From positions 1-64,000 of the forward strand of contig NIVC01002529.1 in NCBI GenBank assembly GCA_002269645.1: a stretch of 64,000 nucleotides of DNA, read 5' to 3'. The notes under the pieces were generated by a model, which did no database searches, was not told the DNA's origin, and saw nothing but the letters and a program-made list of their open reading frames with translations. Position 1 is the stretch's first letter. Each line of letters opens with the position of its first letter. This document shows positions 1-13,366 of the stretch, one piece after another. The translations under genes were made by a program, and so were the position numbers. This DNA comes from Macrostomum lignano. Its lineage: Eukaryota.

Positions 1-810
1 ACGGATGATTGCTGACTGGACGGATGGTTGCTGACTGGACGGATGGTTGCTGACTGGATGACTGCTGACTGGATGGTTGTGACTGGATGGTTGCTGACTG
101 GATGATTGCTGACTGGATTGTTGCTGACTGGATGGACGGTTGCTGACTGGATGGCTGCTGACTGGACGGATGCTGACTGGATGGTTGCTGACTGGATGGT
201 TGCTGACTGGATGGATGCTGACTGGACGAATGGTTGCTGACTGGATGGATGTTTGCTGACTGGATGGTTGCTGACTGGATTGTTGCTGACTGGATGGATG
301 CTTGCTGGACGAATGGTTGCTGACTGGATGGTTGCTGACTGGATGGTTGCTGACTGGATGGTTGCTGAATGGATGGATGGTTGCTGACTGGATGGTTGCT
401 GACTGGATGGTTCTGACTGGACGTATGTTGTGACTGGATGGTTGCCGACTGGATGGTCGCTGATGGACGACGGATGATTGCTGACTGGACGGATGCTGAC
501 TGGACGGATGGTTGCTGACTGGATGACTGCTGACTGGATGGTTGTGACTGGATGGTTGCTGACTGGATGATTGCTGACTGGATTGTTGCTGACTGGATGG
601 ACGGTTGCTGACTGGATGGTGCTGACTGGACGGATGCTGACGGTTTGCTGACTGGATGGTTGCTGACTGGATGGATGCTGACTGGACGAATGGTTGCTGA
701 CTGGATGGATGTTTGCTGACTGGATGGTCTGACTGGATGGTTGCTGACTGATTTTGCTGACTGACGGCTGCTGACTGGACGGATGCTGACTGGATGGATA
801 GTTGCTGACT
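1..810. repeat. Minisatellite, ~15-bp unit (GGATGGTTGCTGACT) with many indel variants
   Basis: Directly visible tandem repetition from the window start to ~810. Confidence 0.95.
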
Positions 811-896
811 AAATAGTTGCCGACTTTAGAATAGCAAGTTAGCGGCTATCAGAATTCGCGCATGAGCACATTCTCAGCAAACGCTTTGCTTGCAAC

Positions 897-2293
897 TCAT
901 GAACTCGTCTGCACTTTTTGTGCAGAAAAAAGGCTCACGAAATTGTTGTAATCGCAACTTGATACTCGCAAATCTGCAAATGCACGAACTCTACTCACCG
1001 CAGTATAAAATAATCCAGCTGGAATAGCTTTCCTGGCGCCTCCTTTGCTAAACGCCACGTACGCTTTTGAATTGTAAGTCCTTGGCTCTTGTGAATCGTA
1101 CTAGCCCAAGCCAATCGTAGTGGAAATTGTTGACGCGACAATTGGGCTCCTCCTTTAAACTTTTCATTCGTTACTGACAGAATTGGCACTACACGAATTG
1201 CACGATTATCTTGTACAATTGCCCATTGCTGGGCCAGAATAATTGTCAAATTCAACCCAAATACAATCTGGCCAATCCTTTGGTGATTGCCTTCCAGGAG
1301 CGTAGCAAATTCCTCGTACAGTTCCAACTGATCCATTCACAAGTCCATTGCGTACTGACAGATTTCTAGTTAGCATTACTCGAGCACCAATACACAAATA
1401 GAGTCGCTTCTCCAGATTCGTATCCGATTTTTATGTTCCTTCTTTTTGCCACACAATTTTGCTTCGTCTCCTTTACAAATTGCGTTAATTGCCGCACAGG
1501 ATTCAATTCGGAAAATCTTTCCCAATAGCATGTAGTTGCGATTTCTCACATCCTCGTTAGTGTGATATAAAAATGTACACCCGCTTTGGAAACCTTCAGG
1601 CAAAAGGTCGGGAGCATAGACGCGACAATTGTTCATCAACGAATTCCAGCAGGCTTCGTCGGCCTTGCCTTCGCGAAGTTTATCCAACAACTGGGCGAAT
1701 TCCGTATCGTTTGCTTGTCGGACTTGTTCTGTCAGATGCACAACCTTTTTGAACCATGTACAATTTATAGCCTTCAGATTTCAATATATCGTGCTTCTTT
1801 TGATTTGGATTGTAAACGTACAGTTGCGTGTCCAAAACTGGAGGCAATTGAAACACGTCGCCAATTAGGATTACAGATCGACCACCAAAACTCTGTTTAC
1901 TGTGTTCTGGAAACAATTCGCGCAAACGAGCATCCACCTTACGGAGTAACCTTTGGCCAAGCATGCTAAATTCGTCAATAAAAATGTAGCGCACATCTTT
2001 CCACTGCTCTTGCATCTCCATTAGGGATTTCTTGCCAACACCAGCACTAAAATTTACATTCAATTTCAAAGCCGAGTGCAAAGTTTCGCCTGCAATATTG
2101 AAAGCGGCTACGCCTGTTGATGCCATAATTCTGCATCTTGATTCTCAATCAACCGACGCAATGTAGAAATCAAGTAGCTTTTTCCAGTTCCAGCGCTACC
2201 ATACAAAATTGCTTTGAGAGGCTCCGGCTTTTCGCCTTGGTTTTCTTCGGCTAGTCTTGAAAGCTGCAAATGACTTTCAATTAGGTTGTACAT
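897..2293 (-). pseudogene. Pif1-like SF1 helicase domain of the Helitron RepHel, broken by about 6 frameshifts (decay or assembly error)
   Basis: Successive overlapping ORFs give GSAGTGKS (Walker A), IDEFSM (Walker B), GDVFQLPPV, LTEQVRQ, GARVMLTRNL..GLVNGSVG and QFPLRLAWASTIHKSQGLT; another frame gives AGLFYTAVSRVR near 1020-985. Confidence 0.88.
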
Positions 2294-5200
2294 TTCTCGC
2301 TGCGAACATTAAGCGATTCAACACTGTTTATCGGCATGTCAGCGACCTCTCTTGCGCCAAGTTTTAGGTCGCTACTTAAAAACGCCTTTGCTTCTCCAAC
2401 CGTTGGAAACTGGCCGCCACTAGCTGCGCTCCAGTCAAAATTTTCTGGCGGCTTTGGCAATTGATCTTCTGGACAGGCCAATAGATTTCTCTCGCGATGA
2501 AGTGCCCCCACTGCAACCATCCAATCTTCTTGCTCTTCGTGCTCATAAGTTGGCTGAGCAGCAGATTGCGCATTTGCGTTGGTCATTTCGGGTAGCTCCG
2601 CAACTGCTTCGACTTCTTCGTCAGCTTCGTCGTTGCGCAAATCGTCCAAATTGGGCAGCTGCAGCTCGCATCGATTCTCAGCAGGCATGGCTTCGTACGC
2701 TTGCTGCCAGCTTGTGTGCAAACCTTTGGCTTCTCGCTCATTTCGCCAACAACTGTACAACAAAACCTGCTGCCGATAATAGCCTTCGCGTCTTTCGTCT
2801 GATTGCTCATTCGGTCGAAAAAATGGACTGATTAGCAAAACTACTTGTTTCGGCCTTTTTGTGCACCTCCCATTAGGGCTGAGACAGTAGTCGGAAAAGA
2901 AACGAAACATTGTTACATTTTCCAAATTCTTTGCACGCTTTGAATACTTGTCGCAACTATTCCTGCAAACACCCTTTTCCTCCACTGCGCGGGTTTCGCC
3001 AGTCTGAACAAAAACAAATTCTCGCGAACCCTTGTACATTGACGTCTGCAATAGCAAATGCATTGCCTCTTGCGCCGAATAATCACGCGCTCCAACTTGC
3101 GCCATCAAGTGTTGTTGTACAACACGCCTTGCAGTGTTGCTACGCTGAAAATTGTTATCGGCATTCTGTTCTGCATTATCTTCCAACTCCTTATGAAGAC
3201 GCTTTGTCAGCTCCGCCATATAATCCGACTCCTTTTCGCTTTTTGTCGCATACTTGATCAAATAGCGAATCAAATTCTTCACGGACGAAATCATTTGAAC
3301 ATCGACATTGGCTCTCCACATGCACAGCAACTGCGGACTGTGAGAAATCATTCGCTCGTCGTTGCGCTGCGTCTCAACTTGCCAATTTAAACGGGATACT
3401 CGCTTTGCAACAGTCTTTTCCTGCGGCTCGCGCGGATACTTGAATCGGCACTCTTGTTTGCCTTTTACTGTTCGCAAGCACTTTTTACTGCAAATAGTGT
3501 GCCTCTCTGTCAAATGCGAAATTAACTGCAAATCTTGCTTGTCATTTTCAATCTCTTCCGGTTTCAGTTGAGCTGGATGACCTTGACCTGCTAAACTGCC
3601 ATTCAAAACTTGATTTCCATAATCCGATTCGTCCATGGCCAAATTCCAACTACAGATGTACTTGTCAACAAAGCTCGTCAATTCTTCTGCATTCAATGTA
3701 TTCGATGTCACATCAACACCATCTGGCATCCAAATGCAACCGTGAACGTGTGGACTTCCGCGACTCTGATATTCTATGCGAAACCAATAATCGTTTACTT
3801 TCCAGTGCTCGACCAAAAAACGTTTCAAACATGTTTCAAATCGCAACCAAAACACAGTGTCTGCCATTCCGGGATCTTTTTGCAACTTTGACAACATTTC
3901 TGCTCTTAGTTCTACATTGCTTTCATATTGCTCTGCATCGATTCCCCAGGCATGCTGCAACTCTGGCCAATGTACATCTGCTGCCGATAGTGTCACGAAA
4001 AAATGAGGAACACCAAGCGTTCGAATCATGGCTTCCAATTGCCGTCCTTTACTCTGCCAATAAGCGCTTGTGCCTCGCAAATCTGATGCTCGAACTGACA
4101 CGCTAGCCAATACTGCCGGGTCATTTAGTGCTTCAATCATTTCCTTGGCACTTAATCCAGCATACTTGTTGTCGTGTACAAACACGCGACCAACTTCCAG
4201 CGCCCTCCAACGCATCACCATATTTTCAATGTAAAATTTAAACCGCAAATCGGTACGAAATCTTGGACACCGGAATTGCATCAAATGCTTTGCATAGTCG
4301 CCCAAACTTAGTCCAAAATTACGTGGCGTACTATAATCTCCTGCTCCATCCGGAAAGAGATGAGGATAAGCCAATGTAAAATATCCTTCATCCTGAAATT
4401 CGTTTACCGGCTCGTTGCTTCTTGCTGGCCATTTCAATTTTTCACTCAAAAATTTGTCTCGTACTGCCGATTCCAATCGACGCAAAGGAGTCTCCAACAG
4501 CGAACTAATTGTTTCCTCGAGCTCGTTCGTCTCGTCCGCATTTTTTTCTACTTGTTGCTGCAATCGCTCAGCTCTGGCTGAGCCGCCTTCTTGCTGTGCC
4601 GCCTCGAAATTCACTTCATTGTCAGACTGCATTTCGACAATCATACCTTCTACTTGATGAGCATAACCATCTTCAGGCAGATGTAGCAACGCATCATTAT
4701 TCATTGAAACCTGATACTGTCTAAAGTACTTGTTGTTTGCCATTAAATAGCGCATCGCATTAGTCACTTTGTCGCGTCGAACTCGCAAATTGTTCATTGT
4801 GCCGCTTTGCGCTTCTCCAGGCTGAACACGGGCTCTTTCGTCGTACATTAAAACAACTGGCAGAGATCGTCTTGGCAGCTCTCGCAAAACGTGCGACTGA
4901 TCTTGAGGCAACATGATTCCGTGTCCTCTCGATTTTGTTTGCTTTTGGGGAAAAATTTGTACCACAACAATAACCGACAAAACTGGCGAAATCAACATTT
5001 GCTCTGCTACACTCAAATCTTGCAAATCTTCTGGCTGCTCCAACATCGGAATCGCATTGTTTTCTTGGCTAAACGATTTCGGCTCATTGTCATCTCTGAA
5101 ACAACGATCGCACATGTCTTCAGAATCGATGCTAAAATATTTTCCAGGAAACTTTTCCCTACACACGTAGCACTGTTTCAAATGTGATACTTTTGTTATG

Positions 5201-6860
5201 TTTTCATTGAAAAAGTCTTGCCTCATCTTTTTGAACTGGTCTGTGAACGGATTGCGAAGGCACTTTGGCAGATTAGGATCTCCGATTTCATCTTCAACAA
5301 TTGGAGCATCTTGAGCGCTCTCTTCTGAAGTGCTGCTCTGCGGAACATTTTCTTTAGCTGGCTGCTGCTCCATTGTAGGCCGCTTTCTGGGTGACGAACG
5401 GATCGCTTCATCAGGCTTCTCCTGAGTAGCACGTGTCTTTCGTGGTGATGAATACGTAGAAGTAGCTGGAATATTATCAGACTGACGTTTATCTTGCTGC
5501 TCCTGCTGCAAAGGTGCCGTCTTCCTAGGCGACGATCGAACGGGTTCGCAGATATGATTTTCTGCGTTTGTCAATCTCTGTTTCCGTGGTAAAGAATTTG
5601 CATAGTTGACCACTTGCTGCTGGTTTTTCAAACGCTCGCTGCGACGAGTAGGAGCACTTGGTACAACGTCGCTCTTCTTTTCTCGACCTCTTCCTTTTTC
5701 CAAATGGCAAGAAACGCTTGAAACCGCCGAAACTGAGTCGCCACAACCGATGCAACTGCAACATGGTGCTCTCCGAGTGCGACTGCTTCTTCTCAATAAG
5801 CTCTGACCAGATACACTAGAGGCTGCAACAGACACAGACTCTAATGTGTTTGCTTTAGCGCTCAGTCGACTACTCCGACGCGTAGCGCAACTTGCCTTCC
5901 CAACATCCTTTTTACGCCGACTGCGCCGCGGAACATTTGATGGCACGGACTCTGACACACGATCACTTTTAACTGACTCTGACACATGCTCAATTTCAAC
6001 TGACTCTGCGCTATCCTCCGCGTCAAGATCGACATTCCAATTCCAGACAGAGTTGTTCCGATCCCGAAGCACTTCATATGAATTCGGATGCGCAAACAAA
6101 CTCGTATTATTTTCCAAGGACTTTGCTTGATTTCTACAACGTCCCTTCCAATGCCTACTTTGAACTCGGGTCCAGTCTGCAACCTTTTCAAAAGGCGTCA
6201 TTGGTGGAGCTGGAGGTGGCATCATTACAACAGGATCTTCGACAACATGAACATTCTCGTTGAGAGGGGGCATTTCCACATTCTTGGCGCTCAAATCTCC
6301 TTGGCCAGTCGGCCGAACTGAGCTTGCTTCATTAACTTCCAAATCATTGACACGAACGATTTCGTAGTGTTGACTACCAGGATTAAACAACAATCGAATA
6401 GTAGCCAAACGTTCTCCAATATTCGGTCGGGAATAATGGCCAGGCCGCGCTAGATTAAGCATGTTTGACTGATAAATAAACACTTCTAGCCGCAACAGTT
6501 CACCAATTAGTTCTGGAACTCCGCATGGCACGTACATACGGGGACGCCTTGTATCGTCGCGCACTTTTTCCCAATTCAGTCCTGTTTGCATAATTCTTTC
6601 CTGATTATTGACATCGCGATGCACCCATTGCTCGAATTCTGCAGCAACCGCATCTCGAAAATCTTCTACGCTTAGCGATTGATAGGCGGAAAAACCTGGC
6701 AGTTCTTGTAATTGTCTCAATATGGCCGTGAAAAAACAGTTGCCGTCACCTCGTACATTCTCAACGCGACACGAAGAAAAAGGAACCCATACAGGTTGGA
6801 CTTGTACAGCAGCAGTTACATGACCTTCGGCAAAATCCATTGCAGTAGCACCTGTTTCAT
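2281..6860 (-). CDS. Main exon of Helitron RepHel: OTU-like cysteine protease, S/R-rich linker, CxxC...CxxC zinc site, Rep (HUH-Y2) nuclease
   Basis: 1531-aa ORF with VRGDGNCFFTAI...HYEIV (OTU Cys/His), CYVC..CDRC, HFFVTLSAAD, EYQSRGSPHVH and YLIKYATK; splice acceptor ttttacag at 6861-6868. Confidence 0.9.
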
Positions 6861-7045
6861 CTGTAAAAGAATACAACTCTTAAACAGTGAGGTATGATAA
6901 TTTTAAGGAATTGAGCATTAATTGTATTTTGCACAAGTCGTAAACACTAAAATCTAATTTTCAATATTCGCAAGCAAAGTCAGATGTAAGAAAGAAAATT
7001 AACTTGTACTATGCATAGAAATTCAATAAAAAATAAAACTCTCAC

Positions 7046-7417
7046 CAGCACTCAAGTAGCCTATAAGTTGCTCATTGTAAGCAGCACCAGAATTGGGCAC
7101 TTCAGCATCACCTTCGACCACGGGGTATTCCGAAGCAGCCAGAGCGTCGGCCAGAGCAGCATCATGTTCAGCTAGCAGGGCAGCCAGACCAGCCTCGTCC
7201 AGCTTAATCACAGACTCAGTTTTAGCAGCAGCATCAGCAGAAGCACCAGCTTTAGTCCCAGCAGCGGCAATAGAAGAGGCAGCAGCAGCTTCCGGTTGTA
7301 CATCTGGCTCTTGAATCTGTTCTTCGCCAGCAGTTAAATCACCGACAGCAGCAACTTTAATATTATTCTTGGAGCGGCTCCAGTTTTTCTTCTTCGGCCG
7401 TCCGCACTTTTTCGCAC
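7046..7417 (-). CDS. Predicted upstream coding exon of RepHel (KKCGRPKKK AT-hook/NLS-like motif, Ala/acidic-rich)
   Basis: 372-nt open exon bounded by cag| and |gtgag; phase 1 at both ends and joins the main exon in frame (G|AT = Asp). Confidence 0.7.
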
Positions 7418-7699
7418 CTGTTTAAAGTCACAGTAAAAAAGAAATTTATAAATCTACCTATATATATATATATATATATATGTCTGTCCATCTATTTCGC
7501 TCTAGAGCGTGCCATTCTTGATCAATTTTGATAGCGTTTTTTCTAAACTATTGCAGATTTTGCACTGATTATACAGTGGTCAAAATTTCTTAAATCTGCT
7601 CAAATTCTAAGGGTGTTAAACATTCGAAAATAGAGTTTCTATAATTATTTTAATGATCTGTCAAACAAGGTCAGATTCCAATTGAATTTATTCCCTTTG

Positions 7700-7995
7700 T
7701 CAAAACTATTCAGTCGAAACTACTCAGTCGAAACTATTGAGTTCACACTATTCAGTCAAAACTACTCAGTCAAGATTATTAAGTCTAAACTATTCAGTTG
7801 TAACTATTCAGTTGAAATTATTCTGTCTGTCAAAACTATTCAGGCGAAACTATTCAATCTAAACTATTGAGTGTGAACTATTGATTTGAGCTGCGTCAGT
7901 TAAGAGTTTGAAAAATTCACATTTTTAGACATCTGAAAAACACTTTTTTACAGAATTACCTGTGAACTATTCAGTGTGAGTTATAGTGTGAACAA
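7700..7995. repeat. Degenerate short tandem repeat (AAACTATTCAGT-like) in a predicted RepHel intron
   Basis: Repeated aaactattcag/aaactactcag motifs. Confidence 0.7.
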
Positions 7996-8196
7996 TTGAG
8001 ATTTATTGTTTGGTAAATAAATTGTGTAGTGCAGGAACTTTTTAGTTTGTCTGTTGCCCAAATGGGCAGCCAAGAATGCTAGTAAAAGCTGGTTTCCTAA
8101 GGTGTGAATATTAATAATAAAGGTAGGATTGCTTTGAAACTATTCCTGAAAGTAGCACCTATCACCTGCAAGTTGCAACAAATGTACAAAACTTAC

Positions 8197-8275
8197 TATT
8201 GGCAGCAACAGAAGAAGCACTTGTATCCTTGTTAATGCTAGTGTTGTCCTTGATGCTGTTTTTGTCGTTGCCCAT
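8197..8275 (-). CDS. Predicted first coding exon of RepHel (MGNDKNSIKDNTSINKDTSASSVAAN)
   Basis: ATG at 8275, 79 nt, donor gtaagt at 8196-8191; phase 1 matches the next exon. Confidence 0.5.
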
Positions 8276-9768
8276 CCTGTCTAAATAAACATGTTAGTAA
8301 ATATTTCAGAATGATAAAGAAACTAATTAGCTAAACACAGAAAACATGCTACTCTTTACCAAGTTAACTCAACTCTTTTCTGGTGGCAAATTTAGTTAAA
8401 CTACGAACACTAGCACTGCTACTGGATTGTGGATTAATATGCTGCAGCATAATATACTGGCATATAGGCGGTGTGTGCCATGTAGTTTTTGTGCTTTCAA
8501 CATTTTTTCTTGGATTTAGTGCATATTTTCTAGAGTTTTTTCAGGCATATTCCATGTTTTTGTACATGCTTCTAGGAATTCTATATCAGCAAAAAAACAT
8601 CCCTTGGTAAAAATTCACCATAAACTAAGTGTCTAGCACTTTCAAGCATTGCTTGATATAAGGAGCATTGGCATGTATATATTGTCTAGCAAAAATGCTA
8701 AATTTATAATAAATTGAGCAGAATTTATAAAAAGTGTCCACAAACTTCTACCATTAAGCAGAGTACTACAGATATTTGTACTATGCTAAACATATGAAGA
8801 AATAAAAAGAATACTTACTTCAAAACTAAAGTCTTAAGTCAAAATTATGCAAACAAAAGGAAAATTCAAGTTAAATTTGACTGATAACTACAAAATAAAA
8901 TGTGAAAGGATGAGTACTTTTAAAAGATATATGTAAATATGACTATAATTTATAAAAATATGGAGCAAAAAGCAAAGCAGAGAAAAAAAACGTAAATATT
9001 TGGCAGAATACAATTAATTAGCTATAAAATAATATTAAAGTACTATACTTCAGTTATATTTCAAATAAAATTTGAAGCTTACACTTACAGTGTAAAACTG
9101 ATAACAATTGAATATATTACAATTAAAACTTGTACTTGTAGAATATAATATATTGTACAATAATTATATATAATGTAGTAGGATACGAATAAATAGCGTA
9201 ACAAAACCGAATATTATAGCTACAGATTGAAGCTTGAAAATATTTCAGATTTAGATAGCGTTTGCTTAGATAAGTTGCTTTGAAAATTTGGGGTCAAATT
9301 TGTCCTACAGCAATAAACTACTGTTAACATAACCGATTTAAATTTAAATTTTTGTAGAAATTATAAGGAACAGAACGACTGAAATGTACAGTTTAATTAT
9401 TTCAAAATTAAATAATTTCGAATTCTATTTTACCTTATTGCTTTCTTCAATTAAATTTTGTTATACAATTTATAAAATGCCTATTTTCAAAATATACCTC
9501 AAAAAGTAAGTTCAACAGCTTTAAAAATGCGCACGTTTTTACACTTCACGGCTCCAAAAAGTCACCATAGAAGATTTTTGCAGGACGCAAGACTTTTTAC
9601 GTTACAAAATAGCACTTTTATGTGCATTTTTTATTCAGTTTCAAAAGGCTTTTTAGTTACCTATTTGGTATTTTTTGTTTTAAAGATTTTTGCGAAATCA
9701 GGTCATTTTAACTTGTTACGAAACTGTGGACCCACACTTTTACGCAACGCAATGCGCATGATGTCATC

Positions 9769-10830
9769 TTAAAGCACTTGCTAAATGCTATTTATTGACA
9801 CTACACTGAAGGCCTGGCGTAGGATAGTTAATAAATGGCAGCGTGAAATATAGCAAAAAAACGCATAGTACCGGAACCTCGTAATTCGGTAAAATGTTAA
9901 TAGCGTCAAAATACGAATTTTCGCACACTAACGAAGATGGCAGTCATCTGTACGTGTTTACTGGGCACAATAGTGCTCTTGGAAGCTAAGAACCTCATAG
10001 CGAAAATTAATATATTTTCCGCCCTATGTAGTGCTCAAATGGGTTGTTTTTGCACAAAATCACGTTTTTCGATTTTGAGAGTCAATTAAAAATTTTTTTT
10101 GCAACTGACAGACGTGAATGTCACTTTTTCTGAGAGTATTCATCTAGATGTTTCTAATAAGTACTAATATGGGTCATTCTTATGCTTCACCTATCCTTAG
10201 TATAGGTACAAAGTCATTATTTCATTTCCAGCAAGTCACGTGACCTGGCCTGAGGTGTACAACGCATCGTGCAATGCCAGCGAACATACACTCAAATTAA
10301 AGCACTTTTTAAATGCTAACTATTGACACCACACTGAAGGCCTGGCGTAGCATCGTTAATAAATGGCAGCGTGAAATATAGCAAAAAAACGCATAACACC
10401 GGAACCTCGTAATTCGGTAAATGTTATTAGCGTAAAAATACGAATTTTCGCACACTAACGAAGATAGCAGTCATCTGTACGTGTTTACTGGGCACAATAG
10501 TGCTCTTGGAAGCTAAGAACCTCATAGCGAAAATCAATAAATTTTTCACCCTATGTGTGCTCATATAGGTTGTTTTTGCACAAAATCACGTTTTTCGATT
10601 TTAAAAGTCAATTATAACAAAATTTTGCAACTGACAGACGTGAATATCATTTTTTCTGACAGTAGTCATCTAGGTGTTTCTAATAAGTACAAATTTTGGT
10701 TCATTCTTACGCTTCACCTATCCTTAGTATAGGTACAAAGTCATTATTTCATTTCCAGCAAGTCACGTGACCTGACCTGAGGTGTACAACGCATCGTGCA
10801 ATGACAGCGAACATACATTCAAATTAAAGT
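9769..10830. repeat. Diverged tandem duplication, ~529-bp period
   Basis: ttaaagcact..ctgaaggcctggcgtag recurs at ~9769 and ~10298 with substitutions. Confidence 0.85.
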
Positions 10831-13292
10831 ACATCTAAAATGTAGTTCAATGACACCAAGCGCGTCGCGCTCCGGTAATCCGCTCAAAAGTTACAGGCTA
10901 AAAAGTATGTTCGATATGCAAGCCCCCCGTACCGTCGTTAAAGTACATTTCTGTACCGGCAGCGACTTCAATAAACTAAGACGAAATTTCAAAATATACA
11001 TATTGTGCGCAATTTAGTTGTGCACCTTGCCTAAAAAGTCTGATTTTCCTAGCATGTCGTCGTTTCTTATTTTTTGTACATTTGTATCATGAAAAATACA
11101 TAAAAATAGCCTAAATCACGTTTATCGACTTTAGCAGTGTATGGCTCAGAGTCAGTGCAACGAAACGGCTCAAAATGTATTATAAACATGTAGATCTTAC
11201 CTAAATGACCGCATTCATGTACTTTTTAGAGTCTCGCAACAAGGTTGAATTTCCTTTATTTCGGTTCGAATACCTACCCGTCGAATATTCGAATGTAATT
11301 AACAGGTGCGAATGTACAGTTAAAGTGAGTATCTTGGTTAAAGTCGTGCGTCATGTAAGAGTCCCAGGTGCCATTGTTAGAATGACGCAGCTCAAAGGTC
11401 GCGCTGACGCGCGACCTTTGAGCTGCGTCAGTTGAAAGTTGATAAAAATGCGCATTTTTTGACACTTAAAAAACACACTTTTACAGAATTACCTATCAAG
11501 GTAAGCATTTAGCGGAAAATAACCAATCAGTGTCTTGAAGGTCTGAAAATTCGCCAAAAGTTGGGTTCAATCAATTTTTGACTCCATATTGTGAATCCTT
11601 ATTTTTTGAGATTCAAGATTTGGACGGGTCTAAAAAAAGTCACTTTTTTGTTGCCATGGCAACCAAGACGCGTTGCTATGGAACTTTCACGTCACACATC
11701 TTGTAGCCCTAAATGTTTTACGTCCATAGAGGGGTCACACATGGTTTCATCTCAAGTGGTTTTAACTCTGCATCAATTTTATTTTCTAAAACGTTGATTT
11801 TACGTTGGGGGAGTCTCCGGGACATCTTATCTCGGTCTCGTTTGTCCGAAAAAATTGCCAACGTAAAAATACGAATTTTCGCACACTAACGAAGATAGCA
11901 GTCATCTGTACGTGTTTACTGGGCACAATAGTGCTCTTGGAAGCTAAGAACCTCATAGCGAAAATCAATAAATTTTTCACCCTATGTGTGCTCATATAGG
12001 TTGTTTTTGCACAAAATCACGTTTTTCGATTTTAAAAGTCAATTATAACAAAATTTTGCAACTGACAGACGTGAATATCATTTTTTCTGACAGTAGTCAT
12101 CTAGGTGTTTCTAATAAGTACAAATTTTGGTTCATTCTTACGCTTCACCTATCCTTAGTATAGGTACAAAGTCATTATTTCATTTCCAGCAAGTCACGTG
12201 ACCTGACCTGAGGTGTACAACGCATCGTGCAATGACAGCGAACATACATTCAAATTAAAGTACATCTAAAATGTAGTTCAATGACACCAAGCGCGTCGCG
12301 CTCCGGTAATCCGCTCAAAAGTTACAGGCTAAAAAGTATGTTCGATATGCAAGCCCCCCGTACCGTCGTTAAAGTACATTTCTGTACCGGCAGCGACTTC
12401 AATAAACTAAGACGAAATTTCAAAATATACATATTGTGCGCAATTTAGTTGTGCACCTTGCCTAAAAAGTCTGATTTTCCTAGCATGTCGTCGTTTCTTA
12501 TTTTTTGTACATTTGTATCATGAAAAATACATAAAAATAGCCTAAATCACGTTTATCGACTTTAGCAGTGTATGGCTCAGAGTCAGTGCAACGAAACGGC
12601 TCAAAATGTATTATAAACATGTAGATCTTACCTAAATGACCGCATTCATGTACTTTTTAGAGTCTCGCAACAAGGTTGAATTTCCTTTATTTCGGTTCGA
12701 ATACCTACCCGTCGAATATTCGAATGTAATTAACAGGTGCGAATGTACAGTTAAAGTGAGTATCTTGGTTAAAGTCGTGCGTCATGTAAGAGTCCCAGGT
12801 GCCATTGTTAGAATGACGCAGCTCAAAGGTCGCGCTGACGCGCGACCTTTGAGCTGCGTCAGTTGAAAGTTGATAAAAATGCGCATTTTTTGACACTTAA
12901 AAAACACACTTTTACAGAATTACCTATCAAGGTAAGCATTTAGCGGAAAATAACCAATCAGTGTCTTGAAGGTCTGAAAATTCGCCAAAAGTTGGGTTCA
13001 ATCAATTTTTGACTCCATATTGTGAATCCTTATTTTTTGAGATTCAAGATTTGGACGGGTCTAAAAAAAGTCACTTTTTTGTTGCCATGGCAACCAAGAC
13101 GCGTTGCTATGGAACTTTCACGTCACACATCTTGTAGCCCTAAATGTTTTACGTCCATAGAGGGGTCACACATGGTTTCATCTCAAGTGGTTTTAACTCT
13201 GCATCAATTTTATTTTCTAAAACGTTGATTTTACGTTGGGGGAGTCTCCGGGACATCTTATCTCGGTCTCGTTTGTCCGAAAAAATTGCCAA
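10431..13292. repeat. Apparently identical tandem duplication, 1431-bp period (10431-11861 / 11862-13292), non-autonomous Helitron/Helentron-like sequence
   Basis: Identical ORF pairs offset by 1431 (11205/12636, 11274/12705, 11591/13022); each copy has a 22-bp-stem hairpin (11383-11430, 12814-12861). Confidence 0.92.
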
Positions 13293-13366
13293 CGAGGAGC
13301 TACGCTCGCTTCGCTCGCTTCGCTCCTCGTTGGCAATTTTTCCGGACTGCACTTCGACCTAACTAG
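13276..13366. other. 20-bp perfect inverted repeat with a GCTCGCTTCGCTCGC loop, followed by CTAG; probable Helitron/Helentron terminus
   Basis: Arms 13281-13300 and 13322-13341; CTAG at 13363-13366 (reads A|TCTAG on the minus strand). Confidence 0.55.

Larger units (their letters stand above)
897..8275 (-). mobile_element. Helitron (Helitron2/Helentron-like) Rep/helicase gene region; element termini not defined
   Basis: Minus-strand ORFs carry Rep HUH motifs (RIEYQSRGSPHVHGCIW, YLIKYATK) followed by Pif1-family helicase motifs. Confidence 0.9.

Noticed and set aside
1-900. Helitron 3' terminus (hairpin plus CTRR) downstream of the helicase
   Set aside because: No convincing hairpin/CTRR was found before the minisatellite; the end may lie outside the window.
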